Positions 27,835 to 38,611 of a stretch of DNA of 56,525 nucleotides are shown here, piece after piece. Within the stretch, counting starts at the first letter, position 1. Each line of letters opens with the position of its first letter. The notes under the pieces were generated by a model that was not told the DNA's origin, did not search any database, and saw only the letters and a list, made by a program, of their open reading frames with translations. Source of the DNA: an uncultured bacterium (GTDB lineage Bacteria > Hydrothermota > Hydrothermia > WGAB01); NCBI GenBank assembly GCA_964422065.1, contig CAYQZW010000003.1:1-56525 (forward strand), in the 5' to 3' direction. The position numbers and the translations under genes were made by a program.

Positions 27835-28566
27835 ATGGCATTCTGGAGCCTCTGGCTTTCAGTTCTTCTCGCAACGCCTCCCCGTCTGGTCATCAACGGC
27901 AAGGGGCTCATCCTCGAGATTCATGGGGCACCGAACCGTACGGTACCTGTGGTTGTCCAAGGTGACCTCCCCCTGACGAACGCTGGGCCTCAAGAGTTCC
28001 GTCTCGTGGTCGAACGGGCCCAGGGGACCCTGGAGACCCCGGAATCCCTCGAAGTCTTGCTTCAAGGGGTCGGGAACGGCATCTCATTGCAAAACCTTGC
28101 AGGCCGAGTAGTGGTTCAAACGGATTACTCCCAGATTCGAATTTTGGACTTCAAAGGGACTGTGACGGTTGGGGGTCGAGGAAATCAGGTCGCCATGATC
28201 CGTGGCCAGGGGATCATTGAAGGCCGAGATGAGTTTGGGGACCTTTCGATCCAGGAGTGTTCGGGGATCGTGGATCTTACCGGCCGGCTCTCCTCGATCG
28301 AAGTCGAGTCTTTCGAGGGACTGATGCGTGTGGCCCTGAACGGCTGGCTCCAGGTGCGCCATGCCCGCGGATCCTTTGAGCTCAACAGCGACTACCTCCA
28401 TGCAGTCCTGGAAGACCTGGAGGGATTGCTCCGCGCCACGGCCAAGACCGGCTCCCTCCGTCTGTACAACATCCGGGGCCAGGGGGTGGTCCGAAGCCAA
28501 GGCACTGTGGTCATCCCAAAGGATGTCCATGGGGTTCGCGTGATTTATGTCAAGGAAGGGAGGTGA
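27835..28566 (+). CDS. Exported beta-strand-repeat protein (DUF4097/adhesin-like)
   Basis: Signal peptide; repeated G.V.V..G.I units; lies in the ECF operon. Confidence 0.65.
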   Translation: MAFWSLWLSVLLATPPRLVINGKGLILEIHGAPNRTVPVVVQGDLPLTNAGPQEFRLVVERAQGTLETPESLEVLLQGVGNGISLQNLAGRVVVQTDYSQIRILDFKGTVTVGGRGNQVAMIRGQGIIEGRDEFGDLSIQECSGIVDLTGRLSSIEVESFEGLMRVALNGWLQVRHARGSFELNSDYLHAVLEDLEGLLRATAKTGSLRLYNIRGQGVVRSQGTVVIPKDVHGVRVIYVKEGR

Positions 28567-28572
28567 CGAACC

Positions 28573-29967
28573 ATGAGACGCCATACACTTTCGGTTGTGT
28601 TGCTTTTGGCCGTTGTGACCGCAGTTTGGGCGGTCCCCGCAGAAGAACAGACCATTCGCATCGCAGAAAAAGTCCAGAAAGGGGTGGTCACCCTCGAGGT
28701 CTTCCCGAAGAAGGTCATCAAAAAGAAGGTCCGGGTGTGGCCGGAAGAAGAGGGGCCATGGGAGGAGTACAAAGAGTTCCCGTGGGGAGAGTGGTTCAAA
28801 GAGTTCCAGAAACGGTTCCGCATCGAGATCCCCGGCTTTCAGGGGCCGATGTATGGAACCGGGTTTGTTTTCCAAAAGACGGACGACGGCTACTATGTGG
28901 TTACCGCCGCTCACGTGGTAGCAGACGCCAAAGAGATCGAGGTGACCCTACCCGATGGGACCCTTCTGAACGATGATGCAGTGGAAGTGGTAGGCGTAGA
29001 CCGACCGACAGACGTTGCGGTTTTGAAGATTCGGACAGATGTGCCCCTTGCGGTCCTCCCCGTGGGAGATTCGGACGAGCTTCGGGTAGGCCAGTGGGTC
29101 TTGGCGGTTGGAACACCGTTTGGATATGCCCGATCGGTCTCCTTTGGGATCGTCAGCGCGCTCCATCGATCCGGGGTCCGGATCCCTGGGGGGCCAGAGT
29201 ATCAAGATTTCATCCAGACGGATGCCGCAGTAAATCCCGGCAACTCTGGAGGCCCTCTGGTGAATATGAAAGGGGAGGTCATCGGGATGGTGACTGCGAT
29301 GAGTTCGCGGTCTGGCGGTTCCTCCGGCGTCGGATTTGCGATCCCCGCGAATACGGTTCGCTGGGTCGCGGAGTCCCTGATCCGGGAGGGTCGTGTGGTC
29401 CGCGGCTACCTGGGCGTGTACATCCAGGACATGACACCGGACCTCGCTGAAGGACTGGGCTTAAAGGAGGCACGGGGGGTGTTGGTCACTGAGGTCATTG
29501 CCGGAAGTCCGGCGGACGAAGCGGGTCTCGAAGACGGTGACGTCATTCTGGAAGTCAATGGACAAAAGGTCTGGAATAGTGGCGATCTCCGGCTCCGGAT
29601 TGCCCAAATCCAGCCCGGCAAAACAGCCAGGATCGTGATCTTCCGGGATGGCAAGAAGAAAACTGTCACCGTGACCATAGGAGAGCGACCGGAGTCAGAG
29701 GCAGCGGTGAGCCGTAAGGCTCGAAACTGGGGAATGACCCTTCAGGAAGAGGAGGGGAAGGTTTATGTGGAGGATGTGGTGCCAGGGAGTCCAGCAGATG
29801 AGGCGGGGATTGAGGAGGGGGATGAACTCCTCAAGATCGGGACCGTTAAGATCCGGGGCCTGGACGATGTCCAACGGGCGATCGAGAAGTACCAAGACAG
29901 CCAACGTCCCGTCTTGGTCATTGTACGTCGAGACGAAAGAAAGCGCTTCCTCACCCTGCGGCCTTGA
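28573..29967 (+). CDS. degP: HtrA/DegP-family serine protease with two PDZ domains
   Basis: Triad TAAHVV, DVAVLK, GNSGG; IQTDAAVNP; two GSPADEAG PDZ motifs. Confidence 0.93.
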   Translation: MRRHTLSVVLLLAVVTAVWAVPAEEQTIRIAEKVQKGVVTLEVFPKKVIKKKVRVWPEEEGPWEEYKEFPWGEWFKEFQKRFRIEIPGFQGPMYGTGFVFQKTDDGYYVVTAAHVVADAKEIEVTLPDGTLLNDDAVEVVGVDRPTDVAVLKIRTDVPLAVLPVGDSDELRVGQWVLAVGTPFGYARSVSFGIVSALHRSGVRIPGGPEYQDFIQTDAAVNPGNSGGPLVNMKGEVIGMVTAMSSRSGGSSGVGFAIPANTVRWVAESLIREGRVVRGYLGVYIQDMTPDLAEGLGLKEARGVLVTEVIAGSPADEAGLEDGDVILEVNGQKVWNSGDLRLRIAQIQPGKTARIVIFRDGKKKTVTVTIGERPESEAAVSRKARNWGMTLQEEEGKVYVEDVVPGSPADEAGIEEGDELLKIGTVKIRGLDDVQRAIEKYQDSQRPVLVIVRRDERKRFLTLRP

Positions 29968-30006
29968 GAATGGGATCCGAGGGCTCGCCGTCCCCCAAAA
30001 AAAGGA

Positions 30007-30041
30007 GGGGGTGGTGGATGCGGTTTTCTTCCACCACCCCC
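30007..30041. terminator. Stem-loop between convergent genes (probable terminator)
   Basis: 12-bp perfect stem GGGGGTGGTGGA/TCCACCACCCCC with an 11-nt loop. Confidence 0.65.
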
Positions 30042-30072
30042 GTTGTTGACGTACCTCTACGTTGGCGGAGAT

Positions 30073-31011
30073 TTACCGGATCTTGAGGACGCGGATTTGT
30101 TGAGAGCCGACCCGGAGGAAATACACACCCGGCCCTACCGGCCGTTGCTGGCGGTCGAGCCCTTGCCAAAAGATTTGCGTTTCCCGGCCAGTCGTCCGAG
30201 TTTGCCAGATCAAGCGGCCTGCAGCATCAAAGATCTGGATCGGTGTAGGAGTTTCAGGGAGATTTCGGATGGTCAGAACCCGATCGAAGGGGATGGGGGT
30301 GACCTGAACCTTTGGCAATGCTAAAGACGGCTCGGTTTCGGCGACCCCATAGGGGACATCTCGGACAATCAGGGCGTCGAATTTGGTCTCCGGTGGACCG
30401 GCGAAAGAAGCTGCATAGACCCCGAACATCCCGAAGGTCGAGTGGTTGTCGATAATGGGTGAACCCGGGAGCAGGATGTTGTCGAAATACACGCTGATGG
30501 AATCCCCGAAGGCATTGATTGCAAAGTGGTGCCAGCCGCTTGTGACCGGAAGCCCTCCGGGGACATCCGCGTCGTACCAAACCTGAAGCACGGTGGGCAT
30601 GAAGTCCGGAGGGGCATGGTAACTCAGCCGGAGCCGACGATCACTATCGAAATCCGCTGCGAAGATATAGAAGCCGCTGTCCACGGGATTGATACGGAAC
30701 GCGATACCGTTATAGGGCCCACTTCCACTGGGGGTGACAACTGTGTAGATCCAGGCCTCGATGGAGTAATTCGTCAGGGCAGGATCCCCGGCCACCTGTA
30801 GGGCGTAAGCGTCGCCGTAGACTTTTCCGATCCAGCCGTCACCTTCTGGTGTCGTGGAATCATTTTCCACCGCCAGAGTATCCAGGAGTCCGTAAGCGCT
30901 AAAGTACCCCTGCCAGGTTAACTGGGGGGTACCATTCGTGAAATGTTCCTCGTAGAGAACCTGTGCCTGAAGTGCCCCCACGAGGAAGACACTTACCAGT
31001 AAACCTCTCAT
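30073..31011 (-). CDS. Secreted lectin-fold (DUF1080/ConA-like) protein with T9SS/FlgD-type CTD
   Basis: Signal peptide, NYSIEAWI...GIAFR...WHHFAI, YGVAE linker, IFDAAGRLI...WQGLD...GVYFLRV; SD AGGAGG. Confidence 0.7.
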   Translation of the reverse strand: MRGLLVSVFLVGALQAQVLYEEHFTNGTPQLTWQGYFSAYGLLDTLAVENDSTTPEGDGWIGKVYGDAYALQVAGDPALTNYSIEAWIYTVVTPSGSGPYNGIAFRINPVDSGFYIFAADFDSDRRLRLSYHAPPDFMPTVLQVWYDADVPGGLPVTSGWHHFAINAFGDSISVYFDNILLPGSPIIDNHSTFGMFGVYAASFAGPPETKFDALIVRDVPYGVAETEPSLALPKVQVTPIPFDRVLTIRNLPETPTPIQIFDAAGRLIWQTRTTGRETQIFWQGLDRQQRPVGPGVYFLRVGSQQIRVLKIR

Positions 31012-31077
31012 GCGCGACCTCCTTTTGTTGACCCCACACGTAAATTATAACCGAGCGGGTCCGGAATAGCCCGGACT

Positions 31078-32592
31078 TTATGGGCGGGAAAAAATGACCG
31101 CCTTGGTTGCGCCAGTGCCCTCTAAAGAACGGACTTGGACGATATATATCCCAGGGCTCGCCGGGAGTGGGGAGAGGGCGAACGCCTGGGAAGGGCTTTG
31201 GGAATAAGGGCGAAACGTCCAGTGACGAATCCGCTGTCCGGAGAGGTTATACAGCGTGACCTCCACCGGATCGGAGAACGATGTGGTTGTCAGGTGGAGC
31301 CAGGGGACGCCGTTCTGGTACAGGAGGGTAAACTGTAGAGGTTGGGCGGGAGGAAGAATCGTTGTTGGCTCCTGGGCGCGGACCTGGGCCAGAGGGGCTT
31401 TGGCAAAATATAGATTCATGTTGCCGTCCCGGCCGTCAGTCCAGACCGCATAGACGTACTGGCTGTCGGCAACGATCATGTGATAATCCCCCATGAAGTT
31501 GGTGTTGTCCTGGAAGTAGTAGCCCAGAAAGGTCGTATCGGTGATCCGGGCGGTGAGGTCCCAGGTCTGGCCAAAGTCCGAAGAGTAGCGGTACCAGACA
31601 GACCACTGGCTACTCAATTGGGTGGGCCAGTCCGGGGTGCTGTAGTAGAACAGGTGCAGACCGCCATAGGGATCAAACGTCACCCAAGATTTACACTGGC
31701 CGCCGGGCATGGTGTGGTTGAGCACCCAGGGGCCTTCCCAGGTTGTTCCGCCATCCAGGCTCCGCATGCCGAGGATATCCCAGGAGCCGTAGCGGTCATC
31801 CACCCAGGAGACAAAGAGGGTGTCGCCGTAAACCGCCAGGGAGACAATCGGGGCGCGATCGCCGATCCCTCCATCATACTGCACGTTACCGATCCAAACG
31901 GGGTAAAGCCAGGAAAAGCCGCCGTTATCCGATCGGGTGAAGTAGAGTCCGGAGCCCCAGGCCACGTACACCATGTACAGGGTCCCGGTATTTCGGTTGA
32001 TGTTCAATGCCACCAGGCCGGTATGGTTCGGATCCACGGTCTGGACGGTGAAGGTGCGGCCGTAGTCGTCTGATCGTGCGAATCGGATCCCCTCTTCGGC
32101 ACTATAGAACTCCTGCCAAGCCACATAGACGTTGTTGCCGTCCACGACCATCCAGGGCTTATCTACCCAGCCCCCGGTCGTTGTGTCCGAAACGTTCGTA
32201 GTCTCGGACCAGGTGATCCCGCCGTCTCGAGACAAATAATGCCGGATCAAATCCACACTGAACTGAACGAGCATGTGAACATGGCCAGAATCGTCTACAG
32301 CAATCACTGGATCTGTGTGCCAGGTGATGCCAGGAGTCGGGTCCTGGAAGTTGTAATGAAGTTCGAAGGAATCGCCATTGCTGATAGACCGGGCGAAGGG
32401 GATCATCGGATAAATCGACCGTTCGGCGATGTTGCAGACCACATAGATCGAATCGCGCCAGACCGCGAATGAGGATTCCCCCTGGTTGACCGTGAGATTG
32501 GGCGGATCCTCACTGACCCGGACGTTGGGAGTGAAGGGCGGATCCGCCAAAAGGGGGACCGCCAGGACAAAGAAGACCACGACCCGTTTCAT
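31078..32592 (-). CDS. Secreted BNR/Asp-box (sialidase-like) beta-propeller protein with T9SS-type CTD
   Basis: Asp boxes SRDGGITW, SDDYGRTF, SDNGGFSW, SLDGGTTW, SSDFGQTW; FMGDY, WTDGR; LYNLSGQRI...GIYIVQV. Confidence 0.8.
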   Translation of the reverse strand: MKRVVVFFVLAVPLLADPPFTPNVRVSEDPPNLTVNQGESSFAVWRDSIYVVCNIAERSIYPMIPFARSISNGDSFELHYNFQDPTPGITWHTDPVIAVDDSGHVHMLVQFSVDLIRHYLSRDGGITWSETTNVSDTTTGGWVDKPWMVVDGNNVYVAWQEFYSAEEGIRFARSDDYGRTFTVQTVDPNHTGLVALNINRNTGTLYMVYVAWGSGLYFTRSDNGGFSWLYPVWIGNVQYDGGIGDRAPIVSLAVYGDTLFVSWVDDRYGSWDILGMRSLDGGTTWEGPWVLNHTMPGGQCKSWVTFDPYGGLHLFYYSTPDWPTQLSSQWSVWYRYSSDFGQTWDLTARITDTTFLGYYFQDNTNFMGDYHMIVADSQYVYAVWTDGRDGNMNLYFAKAPLAQVRAQEPTTILPPAQPLQFTLLYQNGVPWLHLTTTSFSDPVEVTLYNLSGQRIRHWTFRPYSQSPSQAFALSPLPASPGIYIVQVRSLEGTGATKAVIFSRP

Positions 32593-33086
32593 GACTTCGA
32601 TGGGACGAGCGAAATGGACCGGATCTTCCATTCAAAAGGCCCCGCCATAGGGTTGGAGAAGATCAGGATGAGGTCGGCGTTGCCGAACATCGAGAGCGCA
32701 TGAGGGAAGTTGGAGCCGAAGACTTTTTTTGCCGCACGCAAAGGGATCTCGATGGTAGACCATGTGGTGTCAAGCAACACGGTCTGGTCTATGGTGTAAT
32801 AATCCTGGCCGCCTTGGATCTGGAAGAAGATGCCGATCCGGAGATGAATGCCGGACTTCAGCCCCTGGAACTCCAGTTGGAGGGTCTGGGTGGTGTCCAG
32901 CGTAGGTACAGAGTCGATTGTGGTCCAGACCAACGCCTCTGCAGGTTTCTGGGGTTGGGCCGTAACCTGCACGGTACTGTCTTCCAAGGTCTGGAAGGCG
33001 GTAGGCCGATGCATCCGGCTGTGGAAGGTCAGTGCCCCCGCATTCCACTGGATGACGCCGATGAGGAGACTGAGTAAAACTTGCAT
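32589..33086 (-). CDS. Exported CIA30/CBM-like beta-sandwich protein
   Basis: SD AAGGAGG, N-terminal hydrophobic segment, WSTIEIPL and GPFEWKIRSI motifs; ATGA overlap with the BNR gene. Confidence 0.55.
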   Translation of the reverse strand: MQVLLSLLIGVIQWNAGALTFHSRMHRPTAFQTLEDSTVQVTAQPQKPAEALVWTTIDSVPTLDTTQTLQLEFQGLKSGIHLRIGIFFQIQGGQDYYTIDQTVLLDTTWSTIEIPLRAAKKVFGSNFPHALSMFGNADLILIFSNPMAGPFEWKIRSISLVPSKS

Positions 33087-33468
33087 AGAATCAAACCTCC
33101 TTGGTCTTGGCTCTAATGGTACGCTTTTCCCGCGCCCATCGCAATTTGAAGAAACCAAAAAAGTCGGGGTTTTTGGGGAGATTGCAGAGGATGAGAGGAC
33201 CCTTAAGCAAAAGGAACACACGACAGGCAAGTACCTCTCCCTCTTGCATTTTGTTGAGTTCGGCTTCCAGGGTCCTTAAAATCATAGCGGTTTTCTAAAG
33301 ACTATGGACACAAGAGGTTATCGGTCATGCATCGCGATGCCTGCGAGAACATAGGCACATTTCCTCCTCGCGGATCCTTTGTCCGCCCATCCATCCGGAG
33401 GCACGAGGAGAGCCTTCCCAGGACCGCTCCCTACAGGGTTTCCCCGTTGGGGATTCACGGAGTTGTCC

Positions 33469-36400
33469 ATGGTTGTTGACCGGGTTTTCGAGGCGATAGA
33501 AGCCCTGGAAAAGGTCCAAGAACCGGATCGGATCACCCAGGAACTCGTGAAGTGGACCCAAGTGCTTTTAGAGGCTCCGCTGGTCGCATTGTACGAAGTG
33601 AACGACCAGGCACAGTGGGTCCGCCGGGCCTTTGCACCGTCAACGTCCGGGGTCCTCTTGCCTCGCCGGTTCTCCCTGGATGTCCCACCCGACCTACCCG
33701 AACAAGCAGATCGCATCTTCGTCTATGCCCCACCGATCTATGAAGAACCCCCGGCCCAGGTCTTGGCTCAAGGCCTGGGGCTCCCCGCCCTTTGTGCCTA
33801 TCCCCTGGCCATCGAGGACCAACTCCGTTGGCTGTGGATCATTTCCCTTCCAGACCTGGGTACCGATGAAACCCCCGGAGTCCTGGACCAGGTCTCAAAA
33901 GTCGTCCGTACGCTGTCCATCCCATTCCTCAAGTTTTGGATAGACCAGGTGGCACGACAGCGTCGTCAGTGGGCCGACCATGTGTTGCTCCATGCCGCCA
34001 GCCTCTTCCAGGCGATGGACGAAGGGTCAATCGGGCAGCGGCTTGTAGCGGCTGTTCAGGATGCGGCCGGAGTGGATGCAGTCTTTTTCCTCCGACTCCA
34101 AGAGCCCGGCCGGCTTTTCGCCGTCCAGGCTGCCACGGGCGTCAGCGAGACCTTTCAACGACTTTATAAGGTCTCCGCTCAGGAGATCCAGAAGATCGAG
34201 GCCTCTGTCCGTGGCCGGTTCTTTTACGTGGAAGACCTCCAGGCCGAGCCCGTGGGTAGCCCAAGATTGCTCCAGCAGGAAGACTTGAGGAGCCTCTTTG
34301 CGGGAATCCTAAAGACCGGCAATCGGGCGGTCGGGGTCCTGGCCATCGCATCCAAAGGTGAACCCCGGGCCTTCCCCGAGGCGGGTAAGCAAGCCTTGAT
34401 GATGTGGACCCTCCTGGGGTCAACCTTGCTAAACCACCTCACCGAACTCCAGCATCACCGGACCCAGATCGTGGCGATGGAGTCTGTGTTCCGGATCACG
34501 AGTACCCTTTTACAGGTCCACGAATTCTCCACGTTTGTTGAGAACGTGCTGCCGATGATTGCAGAAACCCTGTACGCCCACCGCATATCGTTAATCCGAG
34601 AAGAAGAAGGGCGCAGATTCCGGGTGTACCACTATGATCGGAAAACCATGGACTTTCAGGAGCATGTCCTGAACCGTCCCCAATTTATGTCCTGGCTGGA
34701 TACCGATGAAGAGGAGTTTGTGGTCCTTTCGACCGGCGAGACTAAGGGGACGGCCTATTTCAAAAAACTCCTGGACTATGGCCAGGATGTCTGGTACCTC
34801 TGGATTGAAGGGATCCCGGAGCCTATGGACTTCGGGCTCCGCCAAGACCTCTGCGAAGGGATCGCCTGGCAGGTCGCCTTGGGACTCCTCCAGGTCATCC
34901 ACGCGGAGCAGGAGCGTCGGCGACGAGAGGAACTGCAGTTCCTATATGACCTCTCGTTGCAAGCCACATCGTCCCTCAACCTCCATGAGACCCTCCCCCA
35001 GGTGCTTCAGCAAATCCGGGAACGGTTTGCGGCCGACCATGTGAGCCTGTTCTGGCTGGACCCAGAAACCCAGCGCCTGGTGCCCATGGGCATCGCCGGA
35101 CGATCCATTGAAACCCCAGACGCCCGGCACGGCATCCCGGTTGGGAGTGGGGTCATCGGACAGGTTGCCAAGACCGGTGAACCCCGAATTGTAGATTCTC
35201 TCCAGCAGGAGACCGATGAGTTTCCCCTCCTTAGAGGGACCCAATCCAAACTCTGTCTCCCTCTCCAAGCGCGAGGCGAGATCGTGGGTGTCCTGAATCT
35301 GGAGAGCGACGAGCCCCGCCATTTCTCAGACGAGATGCTCCGAACCCTGGGTCCCCTGGCCCTCTTCCTGGGAGCATTCCTCGAGAATACACGCCTCTTC
35401 CAAGAAGCCGTCGAAACCCTGAAGAAACTCCAGACAACGCGCAACAAGTTGATGGAATCCTCGAAATTGGCGGCCATCGGCAATCTGGCCGCCGGTGTCG
35501 CCCATGAGATCAGCAACCCGTTGATGATCATCCAGGGCTATACGGAGTTCCACCTAAACGATCCGGACATTCCAGAAGCCCTTCGCCGCGACCTCCAACG
35601 GATTCAGGAAGCCACCCAGCGTGCCTCCAATATCATCCGCTCCCTCCTGGAATACGCCCGCAGTACACAGGAACAAACCGTGGAGATCGTGGACCTCAAC
35701 CACCAGATCCTGAAGACCGTAGACATCGTTCGTAAAGCCTTCAGCAAAGAAAATGTGGAGTTGGTCCTGGATCTGGATCCGAAACTCCCGTATACCCGGG
35801 CCAACAAAGGCGAAATCAACCAGATCATCATGAACCTCCTGACCAACGCCCGGGATGCCATTGTCGAGTCGGGCCAAAAAGGCATCATCACGATCCGAAC
35901 CTATCCGCACCGAGATCATCTGGTCTTGGAGATCCAGGATACTGGACCCGGCATTCCGGAGCACTTGCTCCAGGAGATCTTCGATCCCTTCTTTACGACC
36001 AAACCTCCCGGTAAAGGAACCGGGCTGGGGCTGGCCATTGTTCAGCGATTGGTAGAGAAGATGAACGGGACGATCCATGTCGAGAGTGCTGTAGGCCAGG
36101 GCACACTTTTCCGGATCTCTTTGCCTTCGGTGCGTGTCGAGGCAGCAGAGGCCCCGAGTGCCGTCATGACCTCCCCAGAAGCAATACCCCATCGGCCCGC
36201 ACAGCGGGTCCTCGTGATCGACGATGAACCGGACATCGTAGACCTGCTTCGGAACATTTTGGAGACCCTGGGACAACACCCAGTCGTAACCAGTAATCCC
36301 ACGGAGGGGCTGGAACTCGCACTCACCGAACCCTTTGATCTCATTTTGTTGGACGTCAAGATGCCCGTCCTCTCCGGCATTGACATCTATGAACGACTGA

Positions 36401-36582
36401 AACAGGAGCGGCCCGACAGTGCCCGGCGGGTGGTCTTTATCACCGGGGATGTGGGCCGGGAAGAGGTCCGGAAATTCCTGGAAGACGAACGGGTGGAGTA
36501 CTTGATCAAGCCGATCTCCATCCAGGACATTCAGAACGTCTTGGAGCATGCCTACAAAGCGGCGCGGCGCAGCCGAAGGTAG
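33469..36582 (+). CDS. Cytoplasmic multi-GAF hybrid histidine kinase with receiver domain
   Basis: GAF motifs; H-box [37 protein letters not shown]; REC IDDEP, LLDVKMP, LIKP. Confidence 0.92.
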   Translation: MVVDRVFEAIEALEKVQEPDRITQELVKWTQVLLEAPLVALYEVNDQAQWVRRAFAPSTSGVLLPRRFSLDVPPDLPEQADRIFVYAPPIYEEPPAQVLAQGLGLPALCAYPLAIEDQLRWLWIISLPDLGTDETPGVLDQVSKVVRTLSIPFLKFWIDQVARQRRQWADHVLLHAASLFQAMDEGSIGQRLVAAVQDAAGVDAVFFLRLQEPGRLFAVQAATGVSETFQRLYKVSAQEIQKIEASVRGRFFYVEDLQAEPVGSPRLLQQEDLRSLFAGILKTGNRAVGVLAIASKGEPRAFPEAGKQALMMWTLLGSTLLNHLTELQHHRTQIVAMESVFRITSTLLQVHEFSTFVENVLPMIAETLYAHRISLIREEEGRRFRVYHYDRKTMDFQEHVLNRPQFMSWLDTDEEEFVVLSTGETKGTAYFKKLLDYGQDVWYLWIEGIPEPMDFGLRQDLCEGIAWQVALGLLQVIHAEQERRRREELQFLYDLSLQATSSLNLHETLPQVLQQIRERFAADHVSLFWLDPETQRLVPMGIAGRSIETPDARHGIPVGSGVIGQVAKTGEPRIVDSLQQETDEFPLLRGTQSKLCLPLQARGEIVGVLNLESDEPRHFSDEMLRTLGPLALFLGAFLENTRLFQEAVETLKKLQTTRNKLMESSKLAAIGNLAAGVAHEISNPLMIIQGYTEFHLNDPDIPEALRRDLQRIQEATQRASNIIRSLLEYARSTQEQTVEIVDLNHQILKTVDIVRKAFSKENVELVLDLDPKLPYTRANKGEINQIIMNLLTNARDAIVESGQKGIITIRTYPHRDHLVLEIQDTGPGIPEHLLQEIFDPFFTTKPPGKGTGLGLAIVQRLVEKMNGTIHVESAVGQGTLFRISLPSVRVEAAEAPSAVMTSPEAIPHRPAQRVLVIDDEPDIVDLLRNILETLGQHPVVTSNPTEGLELALTEPFDLILLDVKMPVLSGIDIYERLKQERPDSARRVVFITGDVGREEVRKFLEDERVEYLIKPISIQDIQNVLEHAYKAARRSRR

Positions 36583-37246
36583 CCGGGTCCTGGTCGTCAT
36601 CCCGGCCTTCAACGAAGCGGCACATCTGCCTCGCCTTTTGGAACGGATCCGCAGGGTCCACCCCCTGGAAGATGTGCTCGTGATTGATGACGGCTCCACG
36701 GACGGCACCGGGGAGGTCGCACGGCGGGCAGGAGCGCAGGTGCTCAAAAACCCACAAAATCTCGGCAAAGGGGCCTCCCTATATCGGGGGTTCCAATGGG
36801 CGTTGCAACACGGCTACGACGGGGTCATCACGATGGACGGCGACCTCCAGCACCCGCCCGAACTCATCCCCTCCTTCCTGGACAAGGCCCGTGCAGGGTA
36901 CGACCTCGTCATCGGCTCCCGGTTCCACGATTTCGGAGATATGCCCTGGGATCGGTACTTCAGCAACCGTGCCACAACCCTGGTCCTCTCCCTCCTGACC
37001 CATACCCGACTTCAGGATACTCAGAGTGGCTATCGGTACCTTTCTGCGCGGTTTTTAAAGGGCTTTGAACCTTCAACCCATCGGTTTGATTTTGAGTCGG
37101 AGGTCCTCTATCGGGCCGCACTCCAGGGCTTTAAAATCGGCTATGTTCCTATGGAGACCGTGTACGGACAGGAGCAGAGTTCCATTCATAAGGTGTGGGA
37201 TACGGTGCGTTTCATTCTCCTGGCCATCCGATTGCTATGGCGTTGA
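36548..37246 (+). CDS. Glycosyltransferase family 2 (polyprenol-phosphate glycosyltransferase-like)
   Basis: IPAFNE, DDGSTDGT, NLGKG, MDGDLQH, IGSR, DTQSGYR. Confidence 0.88.
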   Translation: MPTKRRGAAEGSRVLVVIPAFNEAAHLPRLLERIRRVHPLEDVLVIDDGSTDGTGEVARRAGAQVLKNPQNLGKGASLYRGFQWALQHGYDGVITMDGDLQHPPELIPSFLDKARAGYDLVIGSRFHDFGDMPWDRYFSNRATTLVLSLLTHTRLQDTQSGYRYLSARFLKGFEPSTHRFDFESEVLYRAALQGFKIGYVPMETVYGQEQSSIHKVWDTVRFILLAIRLLWR

Positions 37247-37980
37247 TCCTGTTGACGAACGACGACGGCTATCAAGCCCTGGGCCTGAAGGTCCTGGAGG
37301 AGGGCCTTCAAGACCTCGGGGAAGTCTGGGTGGTGGCGCCCCACAAGGAGCGGTCAGGGGCCAGCCATTCCATTACGTTGCATCAACCGCTTCGGGTGAT
37401 CCAGCAAAGGCCACGGTTTTTCTCGGTTTCCGGGACACCGGTGGACTGTGTGATGTTGGCGGTCCATGCCTTGCTTCCCAAGCCGCCCGATGTCGTGATC
37501 TCTGGCATCAATGCGGGGTACAACGTGGGGGAAGACGTCTTCTATTCTGGCACGGTCGCCGGTGCTCGAGAGGCTGCACTGCTGGGCATCTCTGCGCTGG
37601 CCGTCTCCGTCGGCAAGGATCGCAGCGAGGAGACCCCGGATGAGTACGCAAAGGCTTTGCCCTATATTCGGCAGTTGCTGCCGATCCTGCTCTCTTCCCC
37701 GACCCCCCTCTTGTTGAACCTGAACCTTCCACCGGGACCGGCTTCTGCCCTCCGCGGCCTCCGCGTGACCCGGCTGGGCAATCGTTGTTATGACAACCCT
37801 GTAGAACCCTTGGGGCCCGAGACGTATCTCATTGCGGGAGAGGTCCGCTGGACCCAAACCGAGGGTACAGACCTGGAAGCCCTTTCCCAGGGCTACGCCT
37901 CGGTGACCCCCTTAGACATTGATCTAACCGATGAAGACGGATTGGACTACCTCCGACGATCCCTATCGGACACTCCGTGA
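37237..37980 (+). CDS. surE: 5'/3'-nucleotidase SurE
   Basis: LLTNDDG, VVAP, SGASHSIT, GTPVDCV, SGINAG, YSGTVAGA, SVTPL. Confidence 0.95.
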   Translation: MALILLTNDDGYQALGLKVLEEGLQDLGEVWVVAPHKERSGASHSITLHQPLRVIQQRPRFFSVSGTPVDCVMLAVHALLPKPPDVVISGINAGYNVGEDVFYSGTVAGAREAALLGISALAVSVGKDRSEETPDEYAKALPYIRQLLPILLSSPTPLLLNLNLPPGPASALRGLRVTRLGNRCYDNPVEPLGPETYLIAGEVRWTQTEGTDLEALSQGYASVTPLDIDLTDEDGLDYLRRSLSDTP

Positions 37981-38611
37981 ACGGATGGTGGAAACCCAGA
38001 TCATTGCCCGTGGGATCACCCATCCCCGGGTGATTGAGGCCATGCGAAGGGTGCCACGCCATCTCTTTGTTCCGGAACCCTACCGGAGCCAGGCGTATGC
38101 CGATATGCCACTGCCCATCGGCTATGGCCAGACGATCTCCCAGCCCTTCATGGTCGCCGCCATGACGGCCAACCTGGACCCCCAGGAGACCGACCGGGTC
38201 CTGGAAATCGGGACCGGATCGGGATACCAAACAGCGATCCTGGCAGAATTGGTGGACACCGTGTTTACTATTGAGGTGATTCCTGAACTTCAGGAACGGG
38301 CCAGGGAAGTGTTGGAAGCCCTGGGCTATACCAACGTCCGGTACCGGGTCGGGGATGGGTCCCGCGGATGGCCCGAAGAGGCCCCGTATGACAAAATCCT
38401 GGTTGCCGCGGCCTCTCCCTCCATTCCACCGCCCCTCGTGGACCAGTTAAAGGTCGGCGGCATCATGGTCTTGCCAGTCGGCGACCGATGGGGTCAAGAC
38501 CTCGTCAAGGTGACCAAAGTCTCGGAAACCGAGGCCGAGCACCAGGTGCTGTTTCCCTGTGCCTTTGTTCCCTTGAAGGGGGCGTATGGGTTCCCGGACG
38601 AACCGGCTTAG
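37931..38611 (+). CDS. pcm: Protein-L-isoaspartate O-methyltransferase
   Basis: VPRHLFV, GQTISQP, VLEIGTGSGYQ, APYDKI, FVPL; conserved surE-pcm order. Confidence 0.95.
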   Translation: MKTDWTTSDDPYRTLRERMVETQIIARGITHPRVIEAMRRVPRHLFVPEPYRSQAYADMPLPIGYGQTISQPFMVAAMTANLDPQETDRVLEIGTGSGYQTAILAELVDTVFTIEVIPELQERAREVLEALGYTNVRYRVGDGSRGWPEEAPYDKILVAAASPSIPPPLVDQLKVGGIMVLPVGDRWGQDLVKVTKVSETEAEHQVLFPCAFVPLKGAYGFPDEPA

